Shown here piece after piece: positions 16,210 to 29,349 of a DNA stretch of 64,000 nt. This DNA comes from the human T2T-CHM13v2.0 reference genome, Homo sapiens: assembly GCF_009914755.1 (NCBI RefSeq), contig NC_060926.1; one strand, 5' to 3'. A model generated the notes under the pieces. That model did not search any database. It was not told the DNA's origin and saw only the letters and a program-made list of their open reading frames with translations. How positions within the stretch are numbered: the stretch's first letter is position 1; every line of letters starts with the position of its first letter. A program made the translations under genes and the position numbers.

Positions 16210-17444
16210 GGGGCGACGGAGGCCTCATGAAAGGCTGCCGCAGAGAGCACAAGGGCACGGTGAGGGCGCGCTGCTTGGATCATGGACGCTTTATTATTTG
16301 GAAATCTTCATTTTTTTATATAATTTCATTGCCTCCAAAGGTGGGCAGTTTCTGTATCTCTTATGTCATATTTTCTGCAGGTGGCAGTGAAGTACTTATT
16401 CTAACACTGTCAGTATATTCTAACTTTCCGACCAATGGAAATCAAGTACCTTGGAAAGGCAGCCTCTTTTTCTGCGCCATGTTATTGGACTGGCAGTGGC
16501 CAGGCCACATGACTGTCCAGGGCTTAGGCTGGCGTGGAGTAGGCCATGTGATACATTTGGCCACGCTCACTGAATCTGAGCAGGATCATGTGACTTAGTT
16601 TCATGGACCAAGTCTTAGGAAGGTGACTGCAACAACCTCGTAGACTGGGCTGGAGCATGGGACTATGGCTTCTGTTGTTTCTTCAAACATTGCTAGAATC
16701 TACTCTCAAAGGCTGCCCAGTCTCTGGAGGAAATATGGGAGTGGTCTTAAACCATCTCTGTTCCCACCACCCAGGAACTGGGGACTCTGTGGACCTCTAG
16801 AGATGGCGTGACTGCCTGAGACTGTCCCATGAGGCCCCATCTATGTCTGCTGGAGAGCGCTATCTCGTTGCTTTCCTCATTGCTCTGTGCGCGGGACCAC
16901 CTGGGTCCCTGATATCCTCAAACTCATGGGCCAGCTAGTGCGAGGGAGGTTAGGATAAGTGGAGGCAGAGTGAGAGGGATCCACAGAGCAAGGAGAGGTT
17001 TAGGGCGTACCACTGGAGCCAAGCACTGAGCACATTTTTGGGGGATACATTTTGAAGCCCTTCCACATTGCCTTCCACCCAGCAGACATGGCAACTATGG
17101 CCTATTCCAGAAGCCGAGGGGTGTGTGGCAGCTCAGCCTGACCTTGCACCCTCCCTCCCACTCCACTTGGCCGTTTCTCTCACTACGTGCAGCCGTGGGC
17201 TGGGGGCAGTGTGATGGGAAATCTTTTTTTTTTTGTCTTTGCTAAAAAGTACTCTGTCTCTTGGGCCGAGGTTGTTTGAAGGTGAACTGTGAAAAATGAC
17301 CTGCCGTGCTTCAAATCACAGCTCTGCCCTCTTCCCGAACTGCTCTGGGGAAAGGAGGGGTGGGCTTTTTGCCAGAGACTCAGCCCTGTCATTGTGGCCA
17401 GGCCACCCAGCCCACCTCAGGGTCAGTCAAGGGCAGCAGTGGGG

Positions 17445-17680
17445 TATGTGTGTGCATGCGTGTGTTTGCAAGTGTGTGCTTGTGTATGTATGTGTGTGCT
17501 TTGCATGTGTGTCTGCGTGTGTCTGTATTTACACTTGTGTGCATGTCTTTGTGTGTTTACATGTGTATGTTGTGTGTATACACACATTTATGTGTGGGGG
17601 TACACGCTTACATTTGTGCATGTGTGTTTACATGTGTCTGCGTGTGTGTGTGTTGTGCCTGTGCACATGTGTGTGAGTAT
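17445..17680. repeat. Degenerate (TG)n / purine-pyrimidine tract
   Basis: About 235 bp of TGTG/TGCA/TGTA. Confidence 0.85.
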
Positions 17681-18159
17681 GGGAGATGGATGGTAGAATG
17701 AACACCAGGCATGAGGGGGCCCAGGGCAGAGTCTCAGGCCTTGACCCGGGTTTCCAAATGGCCACAGATGTGACCCTTCACCCTTCCCTGCGGCTGTTGA
17801 GGTCATTGCCCAGAGAACTTTCCTTTGGAACCAAGTGGGCCTTGCTGCCTGGAGAGGGAGAGAGCAAACCGGATGATCCTCATCCTGGGGAGCCTGGAGC
17901 CAGCGGGCCCTTGTTTAATTCTGAAGGAATGTGCGAGGTTCCCGCCCAGCGGAGCAGGCCCCAGCCTGACTGGGAGCCTCAGCACTCCTGGGGCAGCAGC
18001 TGCGTCTGCACCGGGTCGGCGTGGGGGTGGGAGCTGGGCCAGCTGGGGACCTACAGCATCCAGGGAGAGACAATCACACAAACTGGGTGGCTGGAGTAGG
18101 CTAGGGGCGAGGGAGGCCCATAACACCTTCCTCCAGGAGCCGGGGCCTGTGTGTCCAGC

Positions 18160-18850
18160 TCTGTGCTCAGGGGAGGACAAGCAGGGAAGAGGAGACGGTC
18201 CTGGCAGTGGAGAGCAAAGTCCCCGGCAGGAGATGAGGTGCCATGGGAGGCAAAGCACAGAGTACAGAGAGGAGGCAGCGAGGAGCGTTCCCTGGGGGCT
18301 GTGTCATCAGGGAAGGCTTCTTGGAAGAGGTGGAGGTTTAGCTGGGCCCTGCAGGGTGGGGAGGATCTGAAGGAAAAGAGGACATTCCGGGAGAAGGAAG
18401 AGGACAGGAGGTTCTGCTAAAGATGCAGAGCTGGAAAAGAGCAACGCCTCTATGGAATGACAGTGTGGACCCGGGTCCAGAGGAAGGGAAAAGAGGCGGC
18501 TAAGGCAGGAAAGTCAGCTCCGGTTCATCCTGAGGGGTTTGAGTGCCAGCCAGAGGTCCTCCTTACACAATGGGGGTGGTGGGGTGGGGGGCAGGGGAGC
18601 TCTTGAAGGTTCTTGAAAGGGGAGTTACCTGATGAAGTAGGCGTTTTAGGATGAGAGGCTGGCCACATGATCTGGTGGGATCATGGCAGCTGGGACGGAG
18701 GTCATGAGAGTGGAAGAGGCTGGAGGAGGGGTGTTTGGCGCGGGGGAGAAGGTTTGAGTGGGGAAATGGCTGAGGCCTGGGGAGTAAAGCAGGCAGAACT
18801 GAATCCATTTCACATTTGGGACATTCTTGAGGCCTCCTTTCTGTGTTTGG
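18160..18850 (-). mobile_element. L2 fragments
   Basis: CAGGGAAGGCTTCTTGGAAGAGGTGG...TTTAGCTGGGCC..., ACATTCC motifs typical of antisense L2. Confidence 0.5.
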
Positions 18851-21390
18851 GTTCCCCTGACCTAAGAGCACCGTGTCAGCCTAAGACAGCTCCCTGCCCA
18901 CAGGCCAACTGGCCCAGATGGACCTGGGGGACAGAAGCCAGGCCCTATGCTAGCCTGGGTCCCAGCCCCCATTCACACCCTACCCAGAGTGGCCCTGGCC
19001 TCTCCAGTGGGCTTCGGGGTATCTTATTCCCTGACACAAAAAGTGGCATCTCTCCCTGGTGTGGGGATTATCCTGGTGGGCAGAGGCAGAAACCCCTTGA
19101 ATAGGAACTTAGCCAGTCCAGGTGAGCGTGTGAATGCCTGTGTGGCCCAGCTGGGTGTGAACACAAGTGTGAGTTCTGTCCAGTTCTTGCAAGAGAGTGG
19201 GGGACCCTGTCCAGCCTGGGTGTGTGACAGTGTGGTGTGTGTGCGCACACAGCCTGGCCTGAGTGAAGAAATGTGAATGTGGACACAGCTCGGGGCCCTC
19301 CAGATTGGTGGCCCGGCCCACAGAAACTGTCCTCACAAAGGCCCGCATCCACTGGGGAGGGCTGCCTGGCCTTCCTCAGTGGGTAGACACTGGTTAGGCC
19401 TGTGGCAAAGCCCTCTGGCCTGGCCACACACAGGCCTTGTGTGAGTGGTCTCGTGGCAAAGGAGTGAAGGAAAGGGGTGGATTATTCTAGCCTGTGAATG
19501 TGGGGCCGGGACACTCTCTGCCCACTGAACAAATGCAGTAGGAACTGGTGCTCCGAGGCAAAGACATATCGGAAAAGTGTGTAAGCGATCGGAGTGCGGC
19601 CAATTCTCCCAGAATCTCAAAGGGCAGGTGGCCTACATCTCTACCATGTCAGTTTCAGGGCTCCGAGGACTTTGATTTGCTGCTAACTTTGTGACATCTT
19701 TGAACATTTTTTTGTCAGTAGCTTCTTCTCTAGAGTGTCGATGGGAGTGAGCAGGGGAGCCACAGGGTGAGGGGTGAGGGGAGGGGGACGCTGGCCTGGG
19801 GCCTGGACGGGCATGTGCCTCTTGGAAGAAGCCATGGCCACTTCCTTGGGACCAGGGTCTGCACACACATACAGAGTTGTGGGGCCCGTGGACGGTGGGT
19901 ATGGCGGAGCATGGAGAACCCCTGACCTCTGCACTCACCTGCCACCTCCTGGGCGGTCACGCCCTGCTCAATCATCCGTCCTAGGAAGCGGATAGAGTCT
20001 CTGGAGAGAGTCCAGGGGATTGGAGCCACACAGTGGGGAGCACACCAGCTAAATGAAGGTGACTTGTGCTGACCCTTCAAAGGCTGAAAGCCAGGAGAGC
20101 CACTGCCTTGGATAGAGAATCTTGGGGCCTGGCTCCCATTTCCTCTGTTTGGGGTCTATGGCTACCTTCATTCAAGTCATCGCCCCCTCCCTTTACCCTT
20201 CAGGCTCCACCCTCTCTCTGCATCTGAGGTGTCCTTCCTCGCTCAAGCCTGGGGTGGAGGGATCACCCCCTTTCTCCCTCCACCCTGTAACCACCCTGCT
20301 TGTTGAGACGTGGCTCCATCTCTGGGCCACACGCTTCCCATTCTCTTTAGTCTAATGTTTCCCTGGTTATACAGCTTATTCATGCTAATTGTAGGAAGCA
20401 CGGGAAATTCGGAAAACATAAAATGAGGAGCAAAGTTAGGCCTAGACCCGGCACTTAGAGATACACACTTGCCCGTCTGGAACATTCGACAGTTGCGGGG
20501 TGCCCCTGACTTGTAACAGCACTTCCTACCCTCAGCACGTTGGTATTCTCACTCAGCTCTACGAAGTGGCAGCTGCCGCCACTCATTTTTCCTTTTCACA
20601 GCTGGGGAAGCTGAAGCAGAGAGCTGCGGCCACTTGTCCCGAGGCGCATCGTCTCAGGCTCCCCAGCACACCGTCCACTGTTGCCTTGCACCCTACCCCA
20701 TGCCATGGCCTGCTGCCTGCGCTGGGGCCGGCAAGCCTCCCTGCATGGTGGGCACCCTTCCTAGTCCCCTGCCTGCACCTGGTCTGACTTGTGGGCTGGC
20801 TCTGAGCTTCACCCATCTCCCTGGGGCCACTGCAGCCAGGATGGGGAAGGGCGGCACATTTCAACGGCGTGCCTCCTGGAAACCACATCAAATGGTGCAG
20901 CTAGGAATTAATAAATAAACTTGGGAGACAAGTCAATTACCCTCTCCCTGTGCCCCTGTCCCCCAGGGGCAAACAGTGGCATGTGGTTCCCGGCCTCAGC
21001 ATGCCTTCCCGGGGGCAGGCCTAGTGCTGCAGCTGGCTTCTGTCAGATTAGCTGGGCGAGATGCAGCAGGCCTCTGTCCTCTGGGGAAATGGATCCCTTC
21101 CTGGGAGGTGGGGACGGCATTCCCGGGTTACTCTGTTACTGCCCTCTTCCTGCACCCGTCCGTGTCTCACTGTGTTCATGGTGCCCAAATCACTGCCCTC
21201 CCTAGTCCCCGACACAAACGCTTCTGGTCAGCCGTCATAACGTCTGCAGCTCCGTCCTCAGAGCTGGAAGCTGACATTACTGAGACTCCAGTAAAAGTCC
21301 ACACTGCTTAGTGTCGTCAACTCATCAGAACTAGCATTATCATTTAAAAATCAGAGGGACTACTTGATGGTTTTGAAAACATTTATTTAT

Positions 21391-21721
21391 GGCTGGGCGT
21401 GGTGGCTCACACCTGCAATCCCAGCAGTTTGGGAGGCGGAGGCAGGAAGATGGCTTGAGCCCACACGTTCGAGACCAGCCTGGACAACACAGAGAGCCCC
21501 ATCTCTATAAAATAAAACAAAAGTAATAAAGAAAAATAAAAAAGAAATAGCCGAGTGTGGTGATGCATGCTAATCCCAGCTAATCAGGAGGCTGAGGTGG
21601 GAGGATCGCTTGAGCCCAGGAGTTCAGGGCTGCAGTGAGCCATGATCGTGCCACTGCACTCCAGCCTGAGAGACCGAGCAAGACCCTGTCTCAAAAAAGA
21701 AGAAAAGAAAAGAAAGGAAAA
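21391..21721 (+). mobile_element. AluJ with (GAAAA)n tail
   Basis: TSD GAAAACATTTATT. Confidence 0.9.
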
Positions 21722-21729
21722 GAAAACAT

Positions 21730-22150
21730 TTATTCACTCAGCAAATTCTTAACAATGCCTGCTTTGTGGCAGAGTTTTTTCTAGGTGGCAGAGATACAGA
21801 GACAAGAGACGCAGCCCTGCCCCATAAGGAGCTTACAGTTGTGTGGAGAAGTCAGACAATACAGCTACCATATGGGGCACTTCGGGGGGAAGGAGGGGGA
21901 CCCAGCACAGTCTAGAGGGCTCCCCAAGGGGCTTCCTGAGTAGCTGATGCCTGAGCTGCATTATGAGGGACAAGTCATGGGGGCTGGAGGGTAGGATGGT
22001 GACTGCTGTTCCAGATGGAGGGGACAGCTCTGCAAAGTCTCAGAAGGGGAGTGAGGTGAAGGGGGAGAGCTGTGAAGGCACTGGCCTGGCTGGAACTTGG
22101 GTGTGGAGGGAGCAGGGTGAGAGCAGAGGCTGGGAGTGGGGACACGGCTG
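21730..22150 (-). mobile_element. L2 3' fragment
   Basis: TTCACTCAGCAAAT...GATACAGAG...CCCTGCCC...GGAGCTTACAG. Confidence 0.6.
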
Positions 22151-22475
22151 TGAGGGCCTGAGCTATATGTAACTGTTACAGAGTTGTGTCTTAGGGGTGT
22201 GTGTGTGTGTTGGGGGTGGGGGGGTCGGAGATGGAGTGGCCACATAGACTTCTTTCTTCCTTTAAGTTTTGAAAAAAGTGATGGGATTATGGATTCTTTC
22301 CAACTGTGTGTGTGTGTGTGTGTATATTGGGGGTGGGGTTTTTTTTTCTATGTAGAAACTAAGAAATTAGCAGTCTGACAAATATCAGAACAGTATCAGG
22401 AAAGAATGAGTCCTCTTCTGACATTTACTGTCACTGAATTTTCTATGGCTGTATTATATAGGCATGTCCTTTAGA

Positions 22476-22635
22476 TCAACCATTCTCAAGTTTCAGTGTG
22501 AATGACCACTGGGGACATTTACTGAAAATCTGGGTGTTTGGGATTTGTCCTGGAGATTTTGATTCAGCAGGGCCCAGCATTGTGCATTCTTCAACAAATT
22601 CTCCTGGATTATGTGGAGTCAGTTTCTACTGCTTT
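22476..22635. mobile_element. MER5-family hAT MITE
   Basis: TTCTCAAGTTTCAGTGTG...GATTTTGATTCAG...TGCATTCTT...CTACTG. Confidence 0.5.
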
Positions 22636-22683
22636 GATAAACTCATTCCGAGAGCCTGATTATTTCCTCTTGGGGAATTTGCT

Positions 22684-22716
22684 GGCAATTCAAGAATCTA
22701 CCACCAGATGGCAGTG
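22684..22716 (+). promoter_or_regulatory. CTCF binding site with upstream motif
   Basis: Core CCACCAGATGGCAGTG (22701-22716) preceded by GGCAATTC at upstream-motif spacing. Confidence 0.65.
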
Positions 22717-22903
22717 GTGCTTTGTGATGGATCTAGGCAAAGCCAGTTTTCTACAGGGGGATAGTTGTTGAACAGGCAGTTCTCCTTTATTGCAAGAATG
22801 TACAGAAAATAACTCTTTTAGATAATTTCTAAAATAATTTGATCATGAAATCTTAGATATAGGAGTTTGTTTTAAAGTTAAATTTACCTTTCAAACATTA
22901 CAG

Positions 22904-23229
22904 CTGAGCTTTCCAATATGGTGACCACTAGCCATGTGTGGCTTTTGAGCACCTGAAAAGTGGTTAAATTGTGATGTGCTGAAAGTGTCATAAACACATT
23001 GGCTTTCATTCTTTAGAAGTTCCTATGACTTAAAGACATAAATAAAAAAATTAGCTTTCAAAAGCAAAAAAAGTCTTATTAATATGAAGATTGCATGTTG
23101 AAATATTTTGAGTTGAGTTAAATAAAAGTTTATTAAAATTCATTTCGCCTCTTTTTCCTTTTTAAATGTGACTACTAGAAAAGTTTAAATTATATGTGTC
23201 TCATATTCTATTTCTAATGGACAGTGCTG
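22904..23229 (-). mobile_element. MER33 (hAT-Charlie)
   Basis: TCCAATATGGTGACCACTAGCCATGTGTGGC...CTACTAGAAAA...TGGACAGTGCTG. Confidence 0.8.
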
Positions 23230-23289
23230 CATTGAAATAATCTAAATTAATTTCTTCATTTTTGAAAGTGAGAGAATCGAGGCCTCAAG

Positions 23290-23530
23290 TTTGATGGAAA
23301 ACTGCTGGATTTGAAGTCAAAGACCTGTATTTAAGTTCCAGTTCAAACACTGACTTCATGCCTCTGGGCAAGCAATATACCTTCTCTTAGCCTCCATTTC
23401 ATTGTCTGTGAAAAAGGGATAATTACAGCAGCCTTACTTAAAAGAGTTACTTAAAAGACCAAGTGAGAGAATGTGTATAAAGGAAGTTGTGTAAACTTCG
23501 AAGCATCATAAAGGTATGAAATTACTATTG
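23290..23530 (+). mobile_element. MIR
   Basis: CTGGGCAAG...CTCTTAGCCTCCATTTC...CTGTGAAAAAGGGATAAT core. Confidence 0.7.
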
Positions 23531-24004
23531 TTGTGGTTACTGATAATGACTAGAACTCAGGCCAAATAAACTCTACAAGTCATGAAAGCATTCACCGTGT
23601 GAAAGTCACTGGATTGGGCACTTCTAGACTGTTAGGAATTTATAGCTGACTTGAGGAGTTGCTACTTAAGCTCACGAAATGGAAAATGACAATGCAATAC
23701 ACGATAAAAACAGTGATTCAAATAAGAAATGGAAAGTTTGTCCCAAGGCATATATGGTTAATAGTGAGTGTTACTGCTTTTTCTTTCTAAAGTAAGCATT
23801 TATTGAGCTGGTACAGTAGGATTGGAAGGTTGGGGTTGGGAAGAGGGAGTAATGAAAATGATGAACATGTTTTCTCTGTTTACAAAGAGGTTTGCCATCT
23901 GAGTAGAGGAATGAAGGCAGACACAGAAGACATGAGCGACTGAAGACCCAGTGTGGAAGCTGCCAGCCTTGGTACTTCCAATAACAGCACTGGAATTAGG
24001 CATA

Positions 24005-24517
24005 TGTGACAGGGCTGCCAATTCCTGACCAACTCTCAACTCTCCTCTGCTATATAGAATCTCAACTCGTTAGGGTTGGCAATTGGCCCAGCTAAAATAC
24101 TTCATTTTCTAGTCTCATCTTGAAGCTAAGGATAGCCACATAATTCAGTTCTGGATAATGAGGTGAAGCATGAGTGGTTGGGTTGAGCTTCTAGCAAAGT
24201 TCCTTAAAAGGTGGGACATTCAGCTAGTGCACACACCAGCACCATTAACCTTTCCTCTTGCCTGGACTATGGATGTGATGGTGGTAACTTCAGCAACCAT
24301 TTTGTGAGCATGAGTTCAAAAGTCATACCCTATAGTAGCAGAAGAGAAGGCCAGGATGAGCCCAGGATCTGGACAACATCGTGGAGATGCTGGGCTGCCC
24401 TGAATTTCCAGCCTTTGACCTTTTCATCATGTGACAGAAAAATGAGTTCCTCTTTTGTTTATGCCTCTGTGATCTGGGTTTCCTGTTCTATGCAGTCATT
24501 CCAATTCCTGAATGCCA
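24005..24517 (+). mobile_element. MLT1J-type LTR
   Basis: GCCCAGCTAAAATAC...GTTCTGG...GATGTGATGG...CAACCATTTTGTGA...TCTGGGTTTCCTGTT. Confidence 0.65.
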
Positions 24518-25641
24518 TTGAACATATCGTGCATATATCAAGGCTCTTGAGTTCTGTGTACCTATGGCAGGAAGAAAGTGAGAGGATTGTATTGGGGTCT
24601 GGGGCGAGAAGGTCACATGAGAAGGATGGGGCTACTCTTAAGCCCCATTCCAGCAGGTTGGGTGGTGGTGAAACATCCTTCCTTCCTTAGGAGGACGAGG
24701 ACGGCAACTGATCTAAGAATCCCAAAGAAGGAGAAAACAGAAATATCACAAGGAGCAAAATTAGGAGAAGTGGGTTGTAGGCACTGAGTGGTGCCAGCCC
24801 ACCCTACTTCATAGCCCTTCTGTAGAAGGTGAAGTAAGGGGAAAATTAATTGGCAACACATGTGGATTTGAATTTTCTATTTTTTTCAAAAAATTTGACT
24901 AAAAAATTAAAATTTAAAATCTAAAAAATTTAAATTAAAATATTTTTAAAAACTTATGGTTGGCAGCATGCACCTGGACCCTGCCTTGGCCTTGCAGGAT
25001 CCAGGGATGGGTGCCTGGAGTCCTCGGTTGGGGAGGCAGGGAATACCCTTCTGGACCTGGGCTTGGAGGGTCTACCCTGTCCAGCCTCCTACCCTTGGCC
25101 TCCTGGGATGTCCCTGCAGGGCTGCCCCTGTCTTCTTCATCTGTGCCCTCGAACTCTCCTCTCTCTGGCAGTGTTAGTGAGATGCCTTGTTCTATTCTGC
25201 TGTGTCTTTTTTAGTTTTCCTTTGTGTTTTCCTCTAGATTTCTCTTGATTGGCCCCAGCCCTGGTTGGTGCCTGTCTGCAGACAGGGCAGGTAGGGCTGT
25301 GGGTTCGAGAACTCCTCTATGTCCCTGGGTCCAGGGCCCTGGAGAAACCTGTACCCACTCCTCCCCACAGGAGCTAGTGGTCGCTGGGACCTGGTTCCAG
25401 ATTTGGCTGTAGCCTCTGAAATGCGGGCAGAGGAGGAGGGTCCCAAGGGACTTGTGCTTTCTGTGGGTCGTGTCCCCACCCCCCACCCTGCCTAGCCTCA
25501 TCCTTATATTTAATTACTTGAACAAGCTCTTTCTCATACCCCATCTCCCCCACCCCCCGCTGCCCAAAAAAACCCCCCAAAACCCCTTGTGGTGAAAAAA
25601 CACACAGTAACACTTAGCATCAGTAACATGTATCATTTTAA

Positions 25642-25955
<314 letters not shown>

Positions 25956-26774
25956 TTATCTAAACCATTTGAATGGATTTCTTTTTACTGTTTCCTAAAT
26001 CCTGTTTCCTTGCAGCCTTCCACCTCAGAGGCTGAGCCATGAGACTGACTGCCACAGGAAAGGAAAGGAAGGTAGCCATCTTTAGGCTCAGAGCTGACTT
26101 CCTTGACCTCACTATTGAGATACTGGTGGGGAAACTCAGGCTTTGTGGAAAGAGCAGGGGATTTGCTAACAGAAATCTTCCTGTAACATCTTGAGGGCCA
26201 GGCCTGGTCATTTAGAGAACAGAGTTCACCACAACCCAGGTAGGAAGGAGGTGTGTTGGTCTGGTTGAGGGGCCACTGAGGGCAGGGGGGACTTGTTCTA
26301 TCTCACGGGGGGCCTGGAGAAAGCCACCCTGAGGTCAGCCCTCCAGCACCCACTGTCGGTGGCCAACTCAGATTGTAGGCAGCAGCTCAGTGGGGTTGGG
26401 CCGAGGCGGGCCCTGAGGTTCGCGTTCTCCAGCTGCCCTGGGTGTCTGCATGTGGATGGGCTCTGGAATGTCCATGTGAGCCCCCGGGAGGCTGGGAATT
26501 GGCTGCGAGTTGGGCTGAGAAGCTTTCCTCTCGGGGCTGGAGCAGCAGGGTCACAGGACCCATACCTAAGCATCCCGGGACTGACCACCTACCTACACTG
26601 AGCATCACAAGCGAGGCACAGCCAGACCTGAGGGCCCCTGTAGGTGAGGTGAGGCCTCTGCCCAAGACAGAGAAAGCAGGATGGGGTTCTCTGGCTGTGG
26701 ACCACAGGCAAGTAGACAAGAGACACTGCTTTGGAGATGGAGGATTAGGAGGAGAACAAGGTCCCATGTCATGC

Positions 26775-27095
26775 AGCTTTTGCTAGGTGAGGCTGCAGTC
26801 ACAAATGGCCCTGTATTGCTATGTCCTAAAACATAGCAGTTTATTTCTCACTCATCTTACATGTTGGTGGCTGTAGTGGGAGGGGGCTCTGCTCCCCATG
26901 ACTGAAGGAGCAGTTCCCATCTGGGTCCTGCCCTTCCCAGGGCAGGGGAAAAGAGTAGGAGAGTGGGCAGAGGCCAGCCTTGTGTTTTAGTGCATCTGCT
27001 GGGACACGGCCTATGTCCTATGCTCTCACCTGCCATTGGCCGAGGCTGGGCATGTGGCCAGTTCAGTCGTGTGGGGAAGGATGCGCCTTCCACGG
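26775..27095 (-). mobile_element. Old MLT1 LTR fragment
   Basis: GCTGCAGTCACAAA...TTTATTTCTCACTCA...CCATTGGCC...CATGTGGCC. Confidence 0.5.
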
Positions 27096-28506
27096 ATGTC
27101 ATTGGAGGTCGCATGGCTAGAGTGGGGATGCATGACCCACTTTCAGGAAGGGCGAGAGAGTCGGTGAGAATAAGAATGGAACCTACCGCAGGGCTAGGCT
27201 GCCCTCCTCCAATGTGGGCTCATATCAGCCCCCTTTGCTCTCCTTGAGTCCCCAGACACCTCGAGAAGTGGGGTAGGGGCCAGAAGACTAAGGACTTACC
27301 TGCAGAGGCCAAGTCCTGGAAAGACAGCTTGAATCACTAGATCAGGCCGAGTGTGCCTGGCTGGACCGACTGTGGGGAGAGTGCCTGGGAGGATCTGGTG
27401 ATGGCAGAGAAAAGCAGGTGGGTCTTCTCTTCACCTTGGAGGGTGGCATGAGTACCTTGCCTTCCCAGCCACAGCACCGGAGGCGCAGGATAAAAGGCTG
27501 CCTCCACCCCACACCAACAGAGGGGCTCTGCCTCCCTCGCTGCCCGGCCTCGCTGCCCTCTGACTCCCTCTCCTCGTTCCCAGTGAAGGCACACACAGAC
27601 GTTCGTGGAGTTTTTGTGCTGCAGGAGGTGTTTTTGCCAAGCTGATAGAATCAATTTTTTCCTTATCTCAAACCTGTTTTTAAAAAGACCATCCTGTTTC
27701 TTTTTTTTTTAATTGCAGAACATTTTAAATAACATACTTTGAAAGGAATAAACAGAACCTAGCAAAAACAGTTATTAAAGAACCATAAAATGGTTTTTTC
27801 ACACTTGTCACCGTTTATTTCTTCCCCATTCAGGTGGGTCGGGCTTGGTTAGGGCCTCAGTGGGTTCATCAAGGGGGGGCCATCTGCCCAGGTGCCTGGC
27901 CCTTGCTCCCACATCTAAAGGAACTGGGCGCACCTTCCCCCAGCCCTGCAAGCACATTCTCACCCCTCTACGTTTTGTTACTTTACAGGCTATCCTGCTT
28001 TCAGAGTTCCCTGGTCCTGGGGCTATGGGACTGGGCCAATTTTACAGCGGGTACAGGTGGCCATCAAAGGGGACTGGGAAGACCTTTTTTCTTATCACTT
28101 CAGCCCCACAATGTCACGCCACCCTCCTTTCAAGGTGTCTAAAATTCCACCATGAGGACTCTATGACTTTTGAGTCTTGAAGATGTGTCCAGGCTCCTCC
28201 CAGGAAGGTCCCATATTAAAGCCATGAAGACCTAGGGGTTAATGAGTCCCAGCTCTTTTCATTTCTGTCTGCCCCATTCTCAGAACCCTCAGAGTGCAGA
28301 ACTGAAAGGAAAGCTCGCAGAGCCTGGAGACACCAATTTTGATCATGTCTTGTGTGATACATTGGGGCGGGCTCTTGGACACCTTCTGCTGTAACTTTCC
28401 CCCACCCGTTCCTGAGCCCTGGGGGGCTGATAAACTCATTTACTAAGAGGCGCTCATAACTGATAATGTTTAGACATGTGTCCTAGCCCAGGGGGCTCTG
28501 CCCTCT

Positions 28507-28833
<327 letters not shown>

Positions 28834-29029
28834 TAGTGAAGATAAAGACTCACGAGAAGCTGAATTGACAATGGCAGGGAGGAGAGGGAGATAAATTGAA
28901 GCAAGAAGTCTTTCTGCTCTCTCCAATTGTGAAGGTAATACTGGGCAGCCCCAGAATTGGTAGAGCATGTCAGAATCTGCAAAGCCATTTGATTCTTCCA
29001 TCAGTTGATAGAGGCACCTATATAGATAT

Positions 29030-29109
29030 ATAGGTTGATGCAAAAGTAATTGCGGTTTTTGCCCCTACTTTAATGGGCAAAAACCACAATTACTTTTGCA
29101 TCAACCTAA
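29030..29109. mobile_element. MADE1 (Hsmar1 mariner MITE), miR-548-type hairpin
   Basis: TAGGTTGATGCAAAAGTAATTGCGGTTTTTGCC...GGCAAAAACCACAATTACTTTTGCATCAACCTA; 80-bp near-palindrome in TA context. Confidence 0.92.
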
Positions 29110-29111
29110 TA

Positions 29112-29215
29112 TCACCATTTGCAAATGAAGAAACTGAGGCCCAGAGAGAACGTGGGATGTAGCTAAGGCCATGCAGCCAGCTGTTGGCAGAGCTGGAACA
29201 GACATTGGACACTCA
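29112..29215 (-). mobile_element. MIR fragment
   Basis: CCATTTGCAAATGAAGAAACTGAGGCCCAGAGAG. Confidence 0.75.
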
Positions 29216-29349
29216 GCCTAGGCAGGGGCATGCAGAGAGGGCAAAGCCTAGAGAAGGCCTAGGAGGTGGCGGACAGGGCAGGAGACATGGAATTAGAGGG
29301 CCTGCCTTAGGACACTCTCCTTAGCACCTTCTCCTTATTGGTTATTGCC

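Noticed and set aside
16370-16390. CTGCAGGTGGCAGTG as a CTCF site or splice acceptor
   Set aside because: Lacks the 5' CC of the CTCF core; no partner exon identifiable
17289-17701. Cys/Val-rich ORFs in three frames
   Set aside because: Artefact of the TG-rich tract, which lacks stop codons
17686-18420. Overlapping 89-181 aa ORFs
   Set aside because: GC-rich chance ORFs on both strands, partly within L2; no homology recognised
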